Notes: generated from the sequence alone by a model not told the origin. Positions 18,873 to 26,765 are shown, numbered from the stretch's first letter. The stretch: DNA of 64,000 nt from Verrucomicrobiota bacterium (GCA_030625775.1 DAOUQC010000014.1:7907-71906), one strand, 5' to 3'. A program made the numbers and translations.

Positions 18873-19673
18873 ATGAAAACCGAACGAAATATGAAAACCC
18901 TCCGGATCACTTTGCCTATCATGGGAGTCGTCTGTGCGCTGGGACTTGTTACCGGGGGGACGAGCACGGAACTTACATCCCCCAAGGCCCATCCAGAGAA
19001 AACGGCGCCCTTATCGGCTAAAGAGCTGACAGAGGCGCGTTGTCTCATATGTCACGGAGACACCCAGGCAGGCCAAGCACGTCTTGCCCCTCCCTTCATC
19101 ATGGTAAAACGGCATTACCAGTCGTTGGAAAAGAAGGAATTCCTGAAAACCGTCACGTCCTGGGTCAACAAACCCGGTGTCCACAAATCAAAAATGCCGG
19201 GGGCCATCAATCATTTCGGTCTTATGCCGACGTTTGGCCTCCCTGAAGCTGAAGTGAAACTCATCGCCGAGTATGTTTATAATACCGATTTTCCGATGCC
19301 GAGCGGCTTCGCTTCGGGTGGGGGGCAAGGTGGCTGCGGCAAGGGCTGTGGTCCAAAGGAAGGTAAGGCTATGCAGGGCAAGGGAGGCATCAAAGGTGCA
19401 GCCTGCGGTGACTGCAAGTCAGGCAAGGGTGCCGGTAAAGGAGCTGTCAAAGGGGCAGCCTGCAGTGATTGCAAGTCAGGCAAGGGTGCCGGTAAAGGAG
19501 CTGTCAAAGATACTGCCTGCGGTGACTGCAAGTCAGGCAAGGGCGCCGGTAAAGGGGCTGTCAAAGGTGCCGCCTGCAGTGACTGCAAGTCAGGCAAGGG
19601 CGCCGGCTATGGCAGAGGGTTTGGTAGACATGGCCAGGGTCACGGCAAGGCCTTGGACAACGCTACTGAATAG
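18873..19673 (+). CDS. Secreted c-type cytochrome with Cys/Gly/Lys-rich tandem-repeat C-terminal tail
   Basis: Signal peptide (MKTLRITLPIMGVVCALGLVTG), heme motif CLICHG (CxxCH) with the downstream Met-containing MPGAINHFGLMP. The tail holds five CxxC pairs: CGKGC, CGDC, CSDC, CGDC and CSDC. Confidence 0.7.
   Translation: MKTERNMKTLRITLPIMGVVCALGLVTGGTSTELTSPKAHPEKTAPLSAKELTEARCLICHGDTQAGQARLAPPFIMVKRHYQSLEKKEFLKTVTSWVNKPGVHKSKMPGAINHFGLMPTFGLPEAEVKLIAEYVYNTDFPMPSGFASGGGQGGCGKGCGPKEGKAMQGKGGIKGAACGDCKSGKGAGKGAVKGAACSDCKSGKGAGKGAVKDTACGDCKSGKGAGKGAVKGAACSDCKSGKGAGYGRGFGRHGQGHGKALDNATE
19386..19607 (+). repeat. 57-bp (19-codon) tandem repeat, about 3.6 copies, inside the cytochrome c gene
   Basis: Units 19401-19457, 19458-19514 and 19515-19571 plus a partial unit 19572-19607, near-identical. 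Each encodes ACG/SDCKSGKGAGKGAVKGA. Confidence 0.9.
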
Positions 19674-19759
19674 GTACAATTGAGAGTGGTTGTTGATCAT
19701 GGGCAGCGTTCAGGCTGACACACTCTTTGGGGTGTTAGCCAGCCGTTTGTTTGGTTGTT

Positions 19760-20329
19760 TCAGGATAAATTTATAGATGTTCGCCAAGACACTCCGCTCA
19801 TTTCTCCAAATTTTCTAATTAGAGCCTGAACATCAGGAACTTCCAAAAACTGATTTAAATACTCATCCAAATTCGGTGGGCATTCGTCTGCGCTCATCGT
19901 AAATGAAAAAAATCCAGAATTATTTACCTTCCCAGTATCAAAATCAAATGTTTCCCAATGACCATTTGTAATAGATGTATCCCAAGGAGAGTATCTTTGG
20001 GATATCTTCTCTGGGATAATGCTCGTGATCTCGTCACACAATTCTTCCATAAATTTTCCGAACGGGAACATCATATGGGTAGAGAAACCACCACCTGCTT
20101 TTTGAGCAGCAATTCCGTCATCAAGTCCAATATTTTGAGTCGAGGCAATGCTCTGATTGTGATCATCCACAAACGGCAATCTCCAAAAGGGAACCTTCTT
20201 ATAAACCGTATGGTGATCAAAATGATCAACCTTTAAAATTCCAGAAATTCCTCGTATAAAATCTCCTGTAGGCTTCCAGTCGTTATCTTGAGGGGCAAGA
20301 ATAATGCTCGTGTAAAGGCCCGTTTTTGT
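19760..20329 (-). pseudogene. Low-GC ORF remnant (possible 5'-degraded gene)
   Basis: Track ORF 19760-20179 starts at TTG. The same frame stays open for 50 more codons upstream (to the stop at 20330-20332) without any ATG/GTG/TTG. A second frame just upstream also reads protein-like (..SLQEILYEEFLEF*). Local GC is about 35-42% by spot count. Confidence 0.35.
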
Positions 20330-20452
20330 TTACCAAACAGTGTCAAATCTCTCCCAAATAAACAGATCTTATTTTCGAGGTTCGCTTAAAAAAAAGTGAT
20401 ATTTTTGGCAAGCTTTTACATTTCAGCAATAAAATCGCATCGTGGCCTTTCT

Positions 20453-21550
20453 CTACTCAGCTCCTCCACCGGAGTTTCCGAGTTCGGAGTATTCGGGGGG
20501 CAGGGCGGCGGCGAAACGGGATTTGTCGATCGCTTTCATGTAGGCCTCGATGGGTTCGACATTGCCGGAGAGCATTTCCGCCCAGATCGCATCATCCATG
20601 AACTGCATGCCGACGCTTTGACCGCCGGTGATGATGTCCTGAAGTTTTTGTGTGGCACCTTCTCGAATCACAGCTCCCACGGCAGGGGTGGCGACAAGAA
20701 TTTCGTTTACCGCGACACGGCCCTGGCCGCCGGTTTTTTTCAATAACAACTGGGCGAGTACACCACGCAGCGAGGCTGATAACATGGTGCGTACCTGGGC
20801 CTGCTGGTCCGAAGGGAAGACGTCGACCAGACGGTCGACTGTCTTGCGTGCGTTGTTGGTATGCAGGGTGCCGAAGACCAGAAGTCCGGTCTCGGCAGCG
20901 GTGAGGGCCAGTGAAATAGTTTCCAGGTCGCGCATTTCCCCGACCAGAACGATGTCGGCATCTTCACGCAGGGAGGCCCGTAAACCGTCGGCGAAAGACG
21001 GAGTCTGGATGGGCACTTCGCGCTGACTGATAATACTCTTTTTGTTGTTGTGAACAAACTCGATTGGCTCTTCAATGGTGATGATGTGGCGCGAGTAACT
21101 GCTATTGATGTAATCTATCAGGGCGGCCAGAGTGGTTGATTTCCCGGAACCTGTCGGACCGGTGACCAGCACCAGGCCACTTCTCAAATCACCGAATTTT
21201 TTCACCACTTCAGGAATTCCCAATTGCTCCAGGGTGGCGATTTTGGTGGGGATCAAACGAAAGACGGCTCCCAGGCCGTTTTTTTGTTTGAAAAAATTAC
21301 AACGAAAGCGTGAGTCCTGGTCCATCTCATAGGCGAAATCGAGGTCGCCGCTTTCCAGGTAATTTTCAAAAGCCTTGGGATCACATATTTCTGCTAGCAT
21401 GCCTTTGAGGGCTTCATGCTCCAGAATGCCTTCGGAGATGGGTTGCAGTGCGCCGTGGGCTCTGATTTTTGGAGGTTGCCCTTCACTGAGGTGGAGATCG
21501 GAAGCTCCGGCCTGGATGAGGTGTTGAAAATATTGATCAATGACTGCCAT
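20453..21550 (-). CDS. pilT: Type IV pilus retraction (twitching motility) ATPase
   Basis: Walker A GPTGSGKSTTLAA, Asp box DIVLVGEMRD, His box FGTLHTNNA. 365 aa. Confidence 0.9.
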   Translation of the reverse strand: MAVIDQYFQHLIQAGASDLHLSEGQPPKIRAHGALQPISEGILEHEALKGMLAEICDPKAFENYLESGDLDFAYEMDQDSRFRCNFFKQKNGLGAVFRLIPTKIATLEQLGIPEVVKKFGDLRSGLVLVTGPTGSGKSTTLAALIDYINSSYSRHIITIEEPIEFVHNNKKSIISQREVPIQTPSFADGLRASLREDADIVLVGEMRDLETISLALTAAETGLLVFGTLHTNNARKTVDRLVDVFPSDQQAQVRTMLSASLRGVLAQLLLKKTGGQGRVAVNEILVATPAVGAVIREGATQKLQDIITGGQSVGMQFMDDAIWAEMLSGNVEPIEAYMKAIDKSRFAAALPPEYSELGNSGGGAE

Positions 21551-21604
21551 GGGAAAGAGAAATTTGAGATTTAAGATTTAAGATTTGAATTGGCCCCGTT
21601 TCTA

Positions 21605-22699
21605 TTATTCCTCGATGCCGAGGGTGCGGCGCATCTGCACGGGGTCGACTGCCCGACCGACGGCTTCTTCAGCAGCGATAGTGCCTTCTTCTGCCAGCTC
21701 AATGAGTGAGTCATCAAGAAGTTTCATGCCAACATTTTTTCCGGTTTGCATGATGCCGGGAAGCATGAAGGTCTTGCCGTCACGAATGGTTGCCGATACC
21801 GCAGGAGAGTTGACCAGGATTTCCAGAGCGAGGGCGCGCCCATCACCATCCGCCTTGGGAACCAGTTGCTGGCTGATGATGCCGCGCAGCGATTCACTGA
21901 CCATGATGCGGATTTGTTCGCGCTGTTCGGTGGGGAACACATCGAGGATACGGTCGAGGGTTCGGGCAGCGCTTCCGGTGTGCAGGGTGGCAAGCACCAG
22001 GTGACCGGTTTCCGCAGCGGTGATCGCCAGCGAGATCGTTTCGAGGTCGCGCATTTCTCCAACCATGATGATATCCGGGTCCTCACGCAGGGAGGCGCGC
22101 AGGGCGGCTCCGAAAGATTCTGTGTGGGTATGGATTTCGCGTTGATTCACATGGCAGGCGTTGGAATCGATGACGTACTCGATCGGGTCCTCCAGGGTGA
22201 TGATGTGATCGGTTCTCGAGGCGTTGATCTCGGTGATCAAGGCGGCCAGGGTAGTGGACTTACCACTACCGACCGCGCCGGTGACCAGAATCAGGCCATT
22301 GTGATATTGCAGCAGGGGTTTGATGGCTGCCGGCAATCCGAGATCTTGCATGGTCCGGACGGTGGTGCTGATAACCCGGAATACCATTTCCCAGCCGAGG
22401 CGTTGTTTGATGACGCTGGCACGGAAACGTCCGAAGTCGGTGTCGTAGGCAAAATCGACATCGCCGCATTCTTCAAGTCGGGCGAGCTCTGCTTCGGGCA
22501 GATAGGTGCGGGCCAGATGCTCGGTTTGTTCTGCAGTCAAATAATCTGCATTTTCCCATAGCGGTTGCAGCAAACCGAATCTGCGCCAGGAGGGCTGGCA
22601 AGTAGGGGACAGGTGGACGTCCGAGCAATCGTACTGCTGGGCCAGTTTTAAATATTCGTCCACATGATTCAGGACGGCGATGGTTCCGGAGTCTGACAT
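21605..22699 (-). CDS. Second PilT/PilU-family ATPase
   Basis: GAVGSGKSTTLAA, DIIMVGEMRD, LATLHTGSA. 364 aa, in tandem with the previous gene across a 54-nt gap. Confidence 0.85.
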   Translation of the reverse strand: MSDSGTIAVLNHVDEYLKLAQQYDCSDVHLSPTCQPSWRRFGLLQPLWENADYLTAEQTEHLARTYLPEAELARLEECGDVDFAYDTDFGRFRASVIKQRLGWEMVFRVISTTVRTMQDLGLPAAIKPLLQYHNGLILVTGAVGSGKSTTLAALITEINASRTDHIITLEDPIEYVIDSNACHVNQREIHTHTESFGAALRASLREDPDIIMVGEMRDLETISLAITAAETGHLVLATLHTGSAARTLDRILDVFPTEQREQIRIMVSESLRGIISQQLVPKADGDGRALALEILVNSPAVSATIRDGKTFMLPGIMQTGKNVGMKLLDDSLIELAEEGTIAAEEAVGRAVDPVQMRRTLGIEE

Positions 22700-22748
22700 A
22701 TTGATTACAGGTTTTGGTAGTGAGTATAAAGGTTATCTATGGCGATGA

Positions 22749-23165
22749 TTAACTGTCGGGATCTCCCTGGCGGGCATTGGAAATATTAGCGATCCATTGC
22801 TCGACTTCTTTTTCCACTGCCTTTTTCAAAACGGGGCGGGACAAGCGGATTATTTGCCGTCCGGCGATTCCAAGCAAGCCTAAAAGCGTTCGTGAGCCGG
22901 AAGAAGAAGTTTTTTTTTCATTGTCTTCGCGGCTGCGCCCCTGCAGCGGGGTCAAAAGGTTTTTGGCGACAAAGAGTCCGGCCAGGATGCCTCCCCCGAT
23001 CCACCAGTAGCGATAGGCATGGAAAGAGGCTTCCAGCTTTCTGGATACGTTGAGAGCATCGCCGAGTTGGGCGGCATCGCGGGTGATCTGCAACCGGGAT
23101 CGGTCGAGATTGGTGAGCAATTTTTCTCGTTGGCTTAGCGCTGGCGGTGTCTGTTTTCGAGCCAT
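22749..23165 (-). CDS. Hypothetical membrane protein in the yqjK position
   Basis: ATG at 23165, one TM helix (YWWIGGGILAGLFVAKNLL), and a 31-nt overlap with the upstream gene. Confidence 0.45.
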   Translation of the reverse strand: MARKQTPPALSQREKLLTNLDRSRLQITRDAAQLGDALNVSRKLEASFHAYRYWWIGGGILAGLFVAKNLLTPLQGRSREDNEKKTSSSGSRTLLGLLGIAGRQIIRLSRPVLKKAVEKEVEQWIANISNARQGDPDS

Positions 23166-23569
23166 TGACGGTCTTTTTCAATTTCTTTGAGCGAGTCCCT
23201 GAAGGCAGTTTGGGATAACCTTTTTTTAGCGATGATTAAAAGAAGAAATGTGCCAAAAAAATGGATACCCCCCGTGCAGAGAACCACTTTGGGCCACGAC
23301 CATTCGAAATGGAGAGTCAGCATGCCAATCACACCGGTGAGCACGGTTATGTAACCGAGGGCAAAAAACAAGAAGGCGGTCAACAGCACAAACAGCTTCA
23401 CCAATACTTCTCCACGAATTTCTTTGAATTCGAGTTGGAAAAGTTTGATCCGGTTCAGCAAATGATCAAGCAGCGCGGCAAAAGTCGAGCTGGTTAAATC
23501 ACCCAGACCCGGTCTGGGCGGGGGAGCGGAGGGCGAACTCGAACCAGGTGCTGGGTTGTTCGCTCTCAT
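23135..23569 (-). CDS. YqjE-like (DUF1469 / 'phage holin family') inner-membrane protein
   Basis: Pro/Ser-rich N-terminus followed by two long TM helices (VKLFVLLTAFLFFALGYITVLTGVIGMLTL ... VVLCTGGIHFFGTFLLLIIA). It sits between DUF883-like and small membrane genes, as in yqjD-yqjE-yqjK. Confidence 0.55.
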   Translation of the reverse strand: MRANNPAPGSSSPSAPPPRPGLGDLTSSTFAALLDHLLNRIKLFQLEFKEIRGEVLVKLFVLLTAFLFFALGYITVLTGVIGMLTLHFEWSWPKVVLCTGGIHFFGTFLLLIIAKKRLSQTAFRDSLKEIEKDRQWLENRHRQR

Positions 23570-23707
23570 AAGTGGGAGAAGGCTGACAAGATGCCCGGCT
23601 TACGCAGGGAAGGATGAAAGGAAAAAGCCGGGCTCACTTCATCCGGTTGCAGATGAGTGAATCCCATGCCGGAGGTGCGTGAGCAGGAATTGGTCGGATT
23701 CAAAAAA

Positions 23708-24085
23708 TTAGCGTAGAATGCGGCCGATAATATATCCCAGGCCGACAGCCAGAAGGATGGATTTGGTAGGGTTTTGACGTACGTAGCGCTCTCCCTCTTC
23801 TTTGTAGTCATCGATGCGCACTTTGATATCCGCCCAGTTCTCATCGGCATAATCACGAAATTGATCGGCATTTTCTGTAGCGGAAGTTCTGAAGTTTTGA
23901 GCAGTTTCTTCAGCTTTCCCCCTTAATCTGGCAGCTTGCTCCTTGGCACTGTCTTTCAGTTCTTCGGCTTTCTGGCTGGCGGCGGCTTTGAGCTCTTCGG
24001 CAGCCTGGACGGCATGGGCTCTGCTAGCTTCGAGACTGTCGCCTACGCTGCTGTTATCCGCGCTTGTTGTATTTTTGGTGCTCAT
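23708..24085 (-). CDS. DUF883 (YqjD/ElaB/YgaM)-family tail-anchored stress protein
   Basis: Ala/Glu/Lys-rich helical body and a C-terminal anchor YVRQNPTKSILLAVGLGYIIGRILR, characteristic of the family. Confidence 0.75.
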   Translation of the reverse strand: MSTKNTTSADNSSVGDSLEASRAHAVQAAEELKAAASQKAEELKDSAKEQAARLRGKAEETAQNFRTSATENADQFRDYADENWADIKVRIDDYKEEGERYVRQNPTKSILLAVGLGYIIGRILR

Positions 24086-24219
24086 AGTGCTGGTGGAATT
24101 GATGGCTCGGCTCTGCTTGTATTTGAGTCGAATTGTTACGTGGAAAAATAGCCATGATCCTATTTAAAAGCAAGGCTAAGCGTGTAACATTTAAGATTTG
24201 GTATTTATCATTCAAGGAT

Positions 24220-24435
24220 TCATATCCAGCGGATGATTTTGCATCTTGTCATGTCATAAGGGGAAAAAGTGACCTCTACCTGGTGCCCGACAGGATCAGT
24301 GGGAGGGCTGGGAGTATTGTGGTGGAGCACTGCCAGGGCGTGATAGCCGTTGGGCATTTCAATTTCGAAAAGCCGCTGGGCTTCGCGGATTTGGCGAATG
24401 ATTCCTTGGGCGCTTAGCGCGGGACGTTCAGGCAT
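24220..24435 (-). CDS. Divergent translation-initiation-factor IF-1-like S1/OB-fold protein (71 aa)
   Basis: The internal ATG at 24435 lies 32 nt after the stop of the upstream gene. It aligns by eye to IF-1: QG..., LFEIEMPNGY (compare FRVELENGH) and GHQVEVTFSPYDMTRCKIIRW (compare [21 protein letters not shown]). The conserved ISGKMRKNYIRI segment is replaced by a Pro-rich loop. Confidence 0.55.
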   Translation of the reverse strand: MPERPALSAQGIIRQIREAQRLFEIEMPNGYHALAVLHHNTPSPPTDPVGHQVEVTFSPYDMTRCKIIRWI

Positions 24436-24467
24436 GGATTTGTATGGTTGTGGTAAATGTCTGAAAA

Positions 24468-25550
24468 TCACCCAAAATCGATCCAGGTGACCAGTGGTGA
24501 TAGTTGGGCCCGACCATCCTGATGCCAGAAAAGCGAAGGCTGCTGGGCTTTTCCAAGCGGGCAAATTCGACTGGCACCCAAATGCCGGACATGACCAACA
24601 TGTTTTTGACTGAATGGATGAATTGCAATGCTGCTCAGATGGGATTTGACCAGAAAAAGTTGCTGCGGGATTTGTTTGATTTCAGGCAGGGGTTTGACGA
24701 ACACCACTCTGTTCAGGGGAGATACGGCAAACAGGGGATCCTCTTCATAGATAACGGTCCAGTCGGTGCTGTTGCTACTGGCCCAGAGTTTTACCCCGGG
24801 GTCGTTTGATTGGCGAAACTTGTAAGAGTCCCGTAAGGCGGTGATGGGAGCATTCTCTTCGGGGGAGAGGGCGCGGCGGGGGCTGTGTTGGTTGAAGAGA
24901 TCCATTTCCCTTGCCAGTTCGGCGGCGAAGCCGGGTGGGTCGATGTTTTTGCCAGCAGCAACGTAAAAAACGTGTGGCGACAGACAGCCTTGCTGGTCGA
25001 AGAGCGAGGCATCCCGCGCAGCTCGTTTGGCGGCAGACTGATCCTCGTCTTCAAAGATAATGCCAAAGCTGATACGGTGGCCGTGGGCAACGAGTGTTTG
25101 GTCGGCACGTACGCACTGGCTGAAATGTTGGATCGTTGCATCGCTGCCAAAAACGATGATGGCCTTGCTGCTGCGCAACCATTCATCGGGGAGTTCAGAA
25201 CTCATTTCGACGAGCTTTTTTAAATCTGCAGGCAGTGCATCCACAAAATCGGTGAGCTCAGGCAATTCGCAGGAGGGCAGTTTGATGAAGTTGTGAGAGC
25301 CGAGCAACAATCCCCGGGTGAGGGATTGAATTCCCGCCATCGGGGTATTGCCGGCGATGATATGGAGAATGGACTCTGGGGCGATCGCCTGGCTTTTGAG
25401 ATCGCCATGCAACTGTGGGCTGTCAAGAATCCCGGGGTGGCCCAGTTCAGCCTCCACCAGATCGAGAAGTATGGCGCTGCTGCTGCTCTCGGTGCAGGCA
25501 CTGTCTCTAAGCGTATCAGCGAGACCAGCGGCTCTATCGGCGGTGGTCAT
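24468..25550 (-). CDS. LuxC-like acyl-CoA reductase (aldehyde-dehydrogenase superfamily)
   Basis: ILHIIAGNTPMAGIQSLTRGLLLGSHNFIKLPS and the catalytic-Cys context DQQGCLSPH. The ATG at 25550 abuts the stop (25551-25553) of the upstream gene. Confidence 0.55.
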   Translation of the reverse strand: MTTADRAAGLADTLRDSACTESSSSAILLDLVEAELGHPGILDSPQLHGDLKSQAIAPESILHIIAGNTPMAGIQSLTRGLLLGSHNFIKLPSCELPELTDFVDALPADLKKLVEMSSELPDEWLRSSKAIIVFGSDATIQHFSQCVRADQTLVAHGHRISFGIIFEDEDQSAAKRAARDASLFDQQGCLSPHVFYVAAGKNIDPPGFAAELAREMDLFNQHSPRRALSPEENAPITALRDSYKFRQSNDPGVKLWASSNSTDWTVIYEEDPLFAVSPLNRVVFVKPLPEIKQIPQQLFLVKSHLSSIAIHPFSQKHVGHVRHLGASRICPLGKAQQPSLFWHQDGRAQLSPLVTWIDFG

Positions 25551-26765
25551 TTATCGGATGCGTTCCTGCGAGAGAGAAACCCGGGTGATGTTAAATTTCA
25601 AACGAATGTGCTTCAGGTGGGATTCATCGGCCGGCATGATGAAGCTGACCGGGGTCCACAGCATGGGTTTGAGTCTTGTGACAATAGGGATTTTAAAAGG
25701 CTTCAGGCTTTTGTTCCAAAGATTGAAGCGGAGGGCGAAGTCTGAAACCGTCTCGCTGGGGGTCTGGGTGGGGGGAGTGGTGCCGAACCAGCCACTGAGT
25801 TCGGCTTGGGTAATCGTATAACCCAGCGGGTTGCCGATACGGGCACGGATCAACATGCCGCCCTCTTGTCTCTCCGCGCTGTCGATGCTCATAAGAAACG
25901 AACCGTAGGGTGATTTCATCATTAAGGCTGCTTTGGAATCGACACTGGTAATGGCGAATTCTGAGAGCTCTTTTTTCTCGCTCAAAAAAGCTCTCTTGAT
26001 GATCATGGATAGTCGCAGCAGTTCGGTAGCCGACTCGTTGGTGCTTTCGGGGAGATCGAAAGATGTTTTGGTCCAGCGGTTGGGTTGTATTTCGGTCTCG
26101 ATGGTGACTTGGAATGGAGTTAGTGTTTTCTGCCAGTCATCGAGTCTCTGGCTGAATATTTCATATTTTTCTCCGGGTTCGAGTTCAGGCGCACGGGAGC
26201 CAAAATCGCCTTTCAGTTCAAATTGCTGAACGGTCAATCCAAGGGAGTTGCCTATCTGGACATGGGCACGGGAACCGCCACCGGAGATGGCTTCCAATTT
26301 ATCCAGCCTTACCAGAAAAGTTCCATGCCCGGTTCGGATGGGGGCGTGTCCGCTAGCTCCGATGTTCAGATAGGCCAGGGATTCCCGCTGCTGTTGTGCC
26401 TTAGCGATTTGGGCCATTCCCTTTTCCACACGCTTGAAGCGCTCACCTTGTTGAAGGACTGCATTGCCCGCCTGTTCCTTGGCGTCGGCACTTTGCAGCT
26501 CAGAGGTTTCGATGCGGTGGGTAAAGTTATCAGTGCGCTCGCTCTCATCCTGGACACGGTCTTTCAGGTCTCGGAGATTGTTTTTTAAAACGGTGACTTC
26601 TTTTTCGAGCAATTCGATTTTTTCCGCTTCTTCTTCACAACTGGAGAGGAGAAACAAAAGGCTGAGGCCAGTGAGCACCGGGCGGATGCGAAACACAGCA
26701 ATTTGATTCCAGAGCAGCTGCAGGCGGTCGGGAAAAGTGCTGGGTCTCAATAAAGCCGAAATCAT
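25551..26765 (-). CDS. Lipoprotein with coiled-coil and an internally duplicated ~125-aa domain
   Basis: Lipobox LLFLLSSC, then heptad-like EKIELLEKEVTVLKNNLRDLKDRV. Two homologous halves follow (..GTFLVRLDKLE..IGNSLGLTVQQFELKGDFG.. and ..GSFLMSIDSAE..IGNPLGYTITQAELSGWFG..). Confidence 0.6.
   Translation of the reverse strand: MISALLRPSTFPDRLQLLWNQIAVFRIRPVLTGLSLLFLLSSCEEEAEKIELLEKEVTVLKNNLRDLKDRVQDESERTDNFTHRIETSELQSADAKEQAGNAVLQQGERFKRVEKGMAQIAKAQQQRESLAYLNIGASGHAPIRTGHGTFLVRLDKLEAISGGGSRAHVQIGNSLGLTVQQFELKGDFGSRAPELEPGEKYEIFSQRLDDWQKTLTPFQVTIETEIQPNRWTKTSFDLPESTNESATELLRLSMIIKRAFLSEKKELSEFAITSVDSKAALMMKSPYGSFLMSIDSAERQEGGMLIRARIGNPLGYTITQAELSGWFGTTPPTQTPSETVSDFALRFNLWNKSLKPFKIPIVTRLKPMLWTPVSFIMPADESHLKHIRLKFNITRVSLSQERIR

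Noticed and set aside
19386-19607. Regularly spaced repeats considered as a possible CRISPR array
   Set aside because: The units are directly abutting with no spacers, are in frame inside a CDS, and no cas genes are present.
19273-19683. Two alternative-frame ORFs (136 aa plus strand; 106 aa minus strand at 19277-19597) with their own repeats (e.g. APLPAPLPDLQS)
   Set aside because: They are generated by the 57-bp tandem repeat. The cytochrome frame has a signal peptide, CxxCH and contiguous coding upstream, so these are repeat-induced shadow frames.
21566-21586. GAGATTT-AAGATTT-AAGATTT heptamer triple between the two pilT genes
   Set aside because: It is very short and AT-rich and could arise by slippage. 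No function can be supported.
21746-22561. 271-aa plus-strand ORF
   Set aside because: It is antisense to the second pilT-family gene and has no recognisable motifs.
23566-23871. 101-aa minus-strand ORF
   Set aside because: It overlaps the DUF883 gene in another frame and bridges an intergenic region. It shows no coding features.
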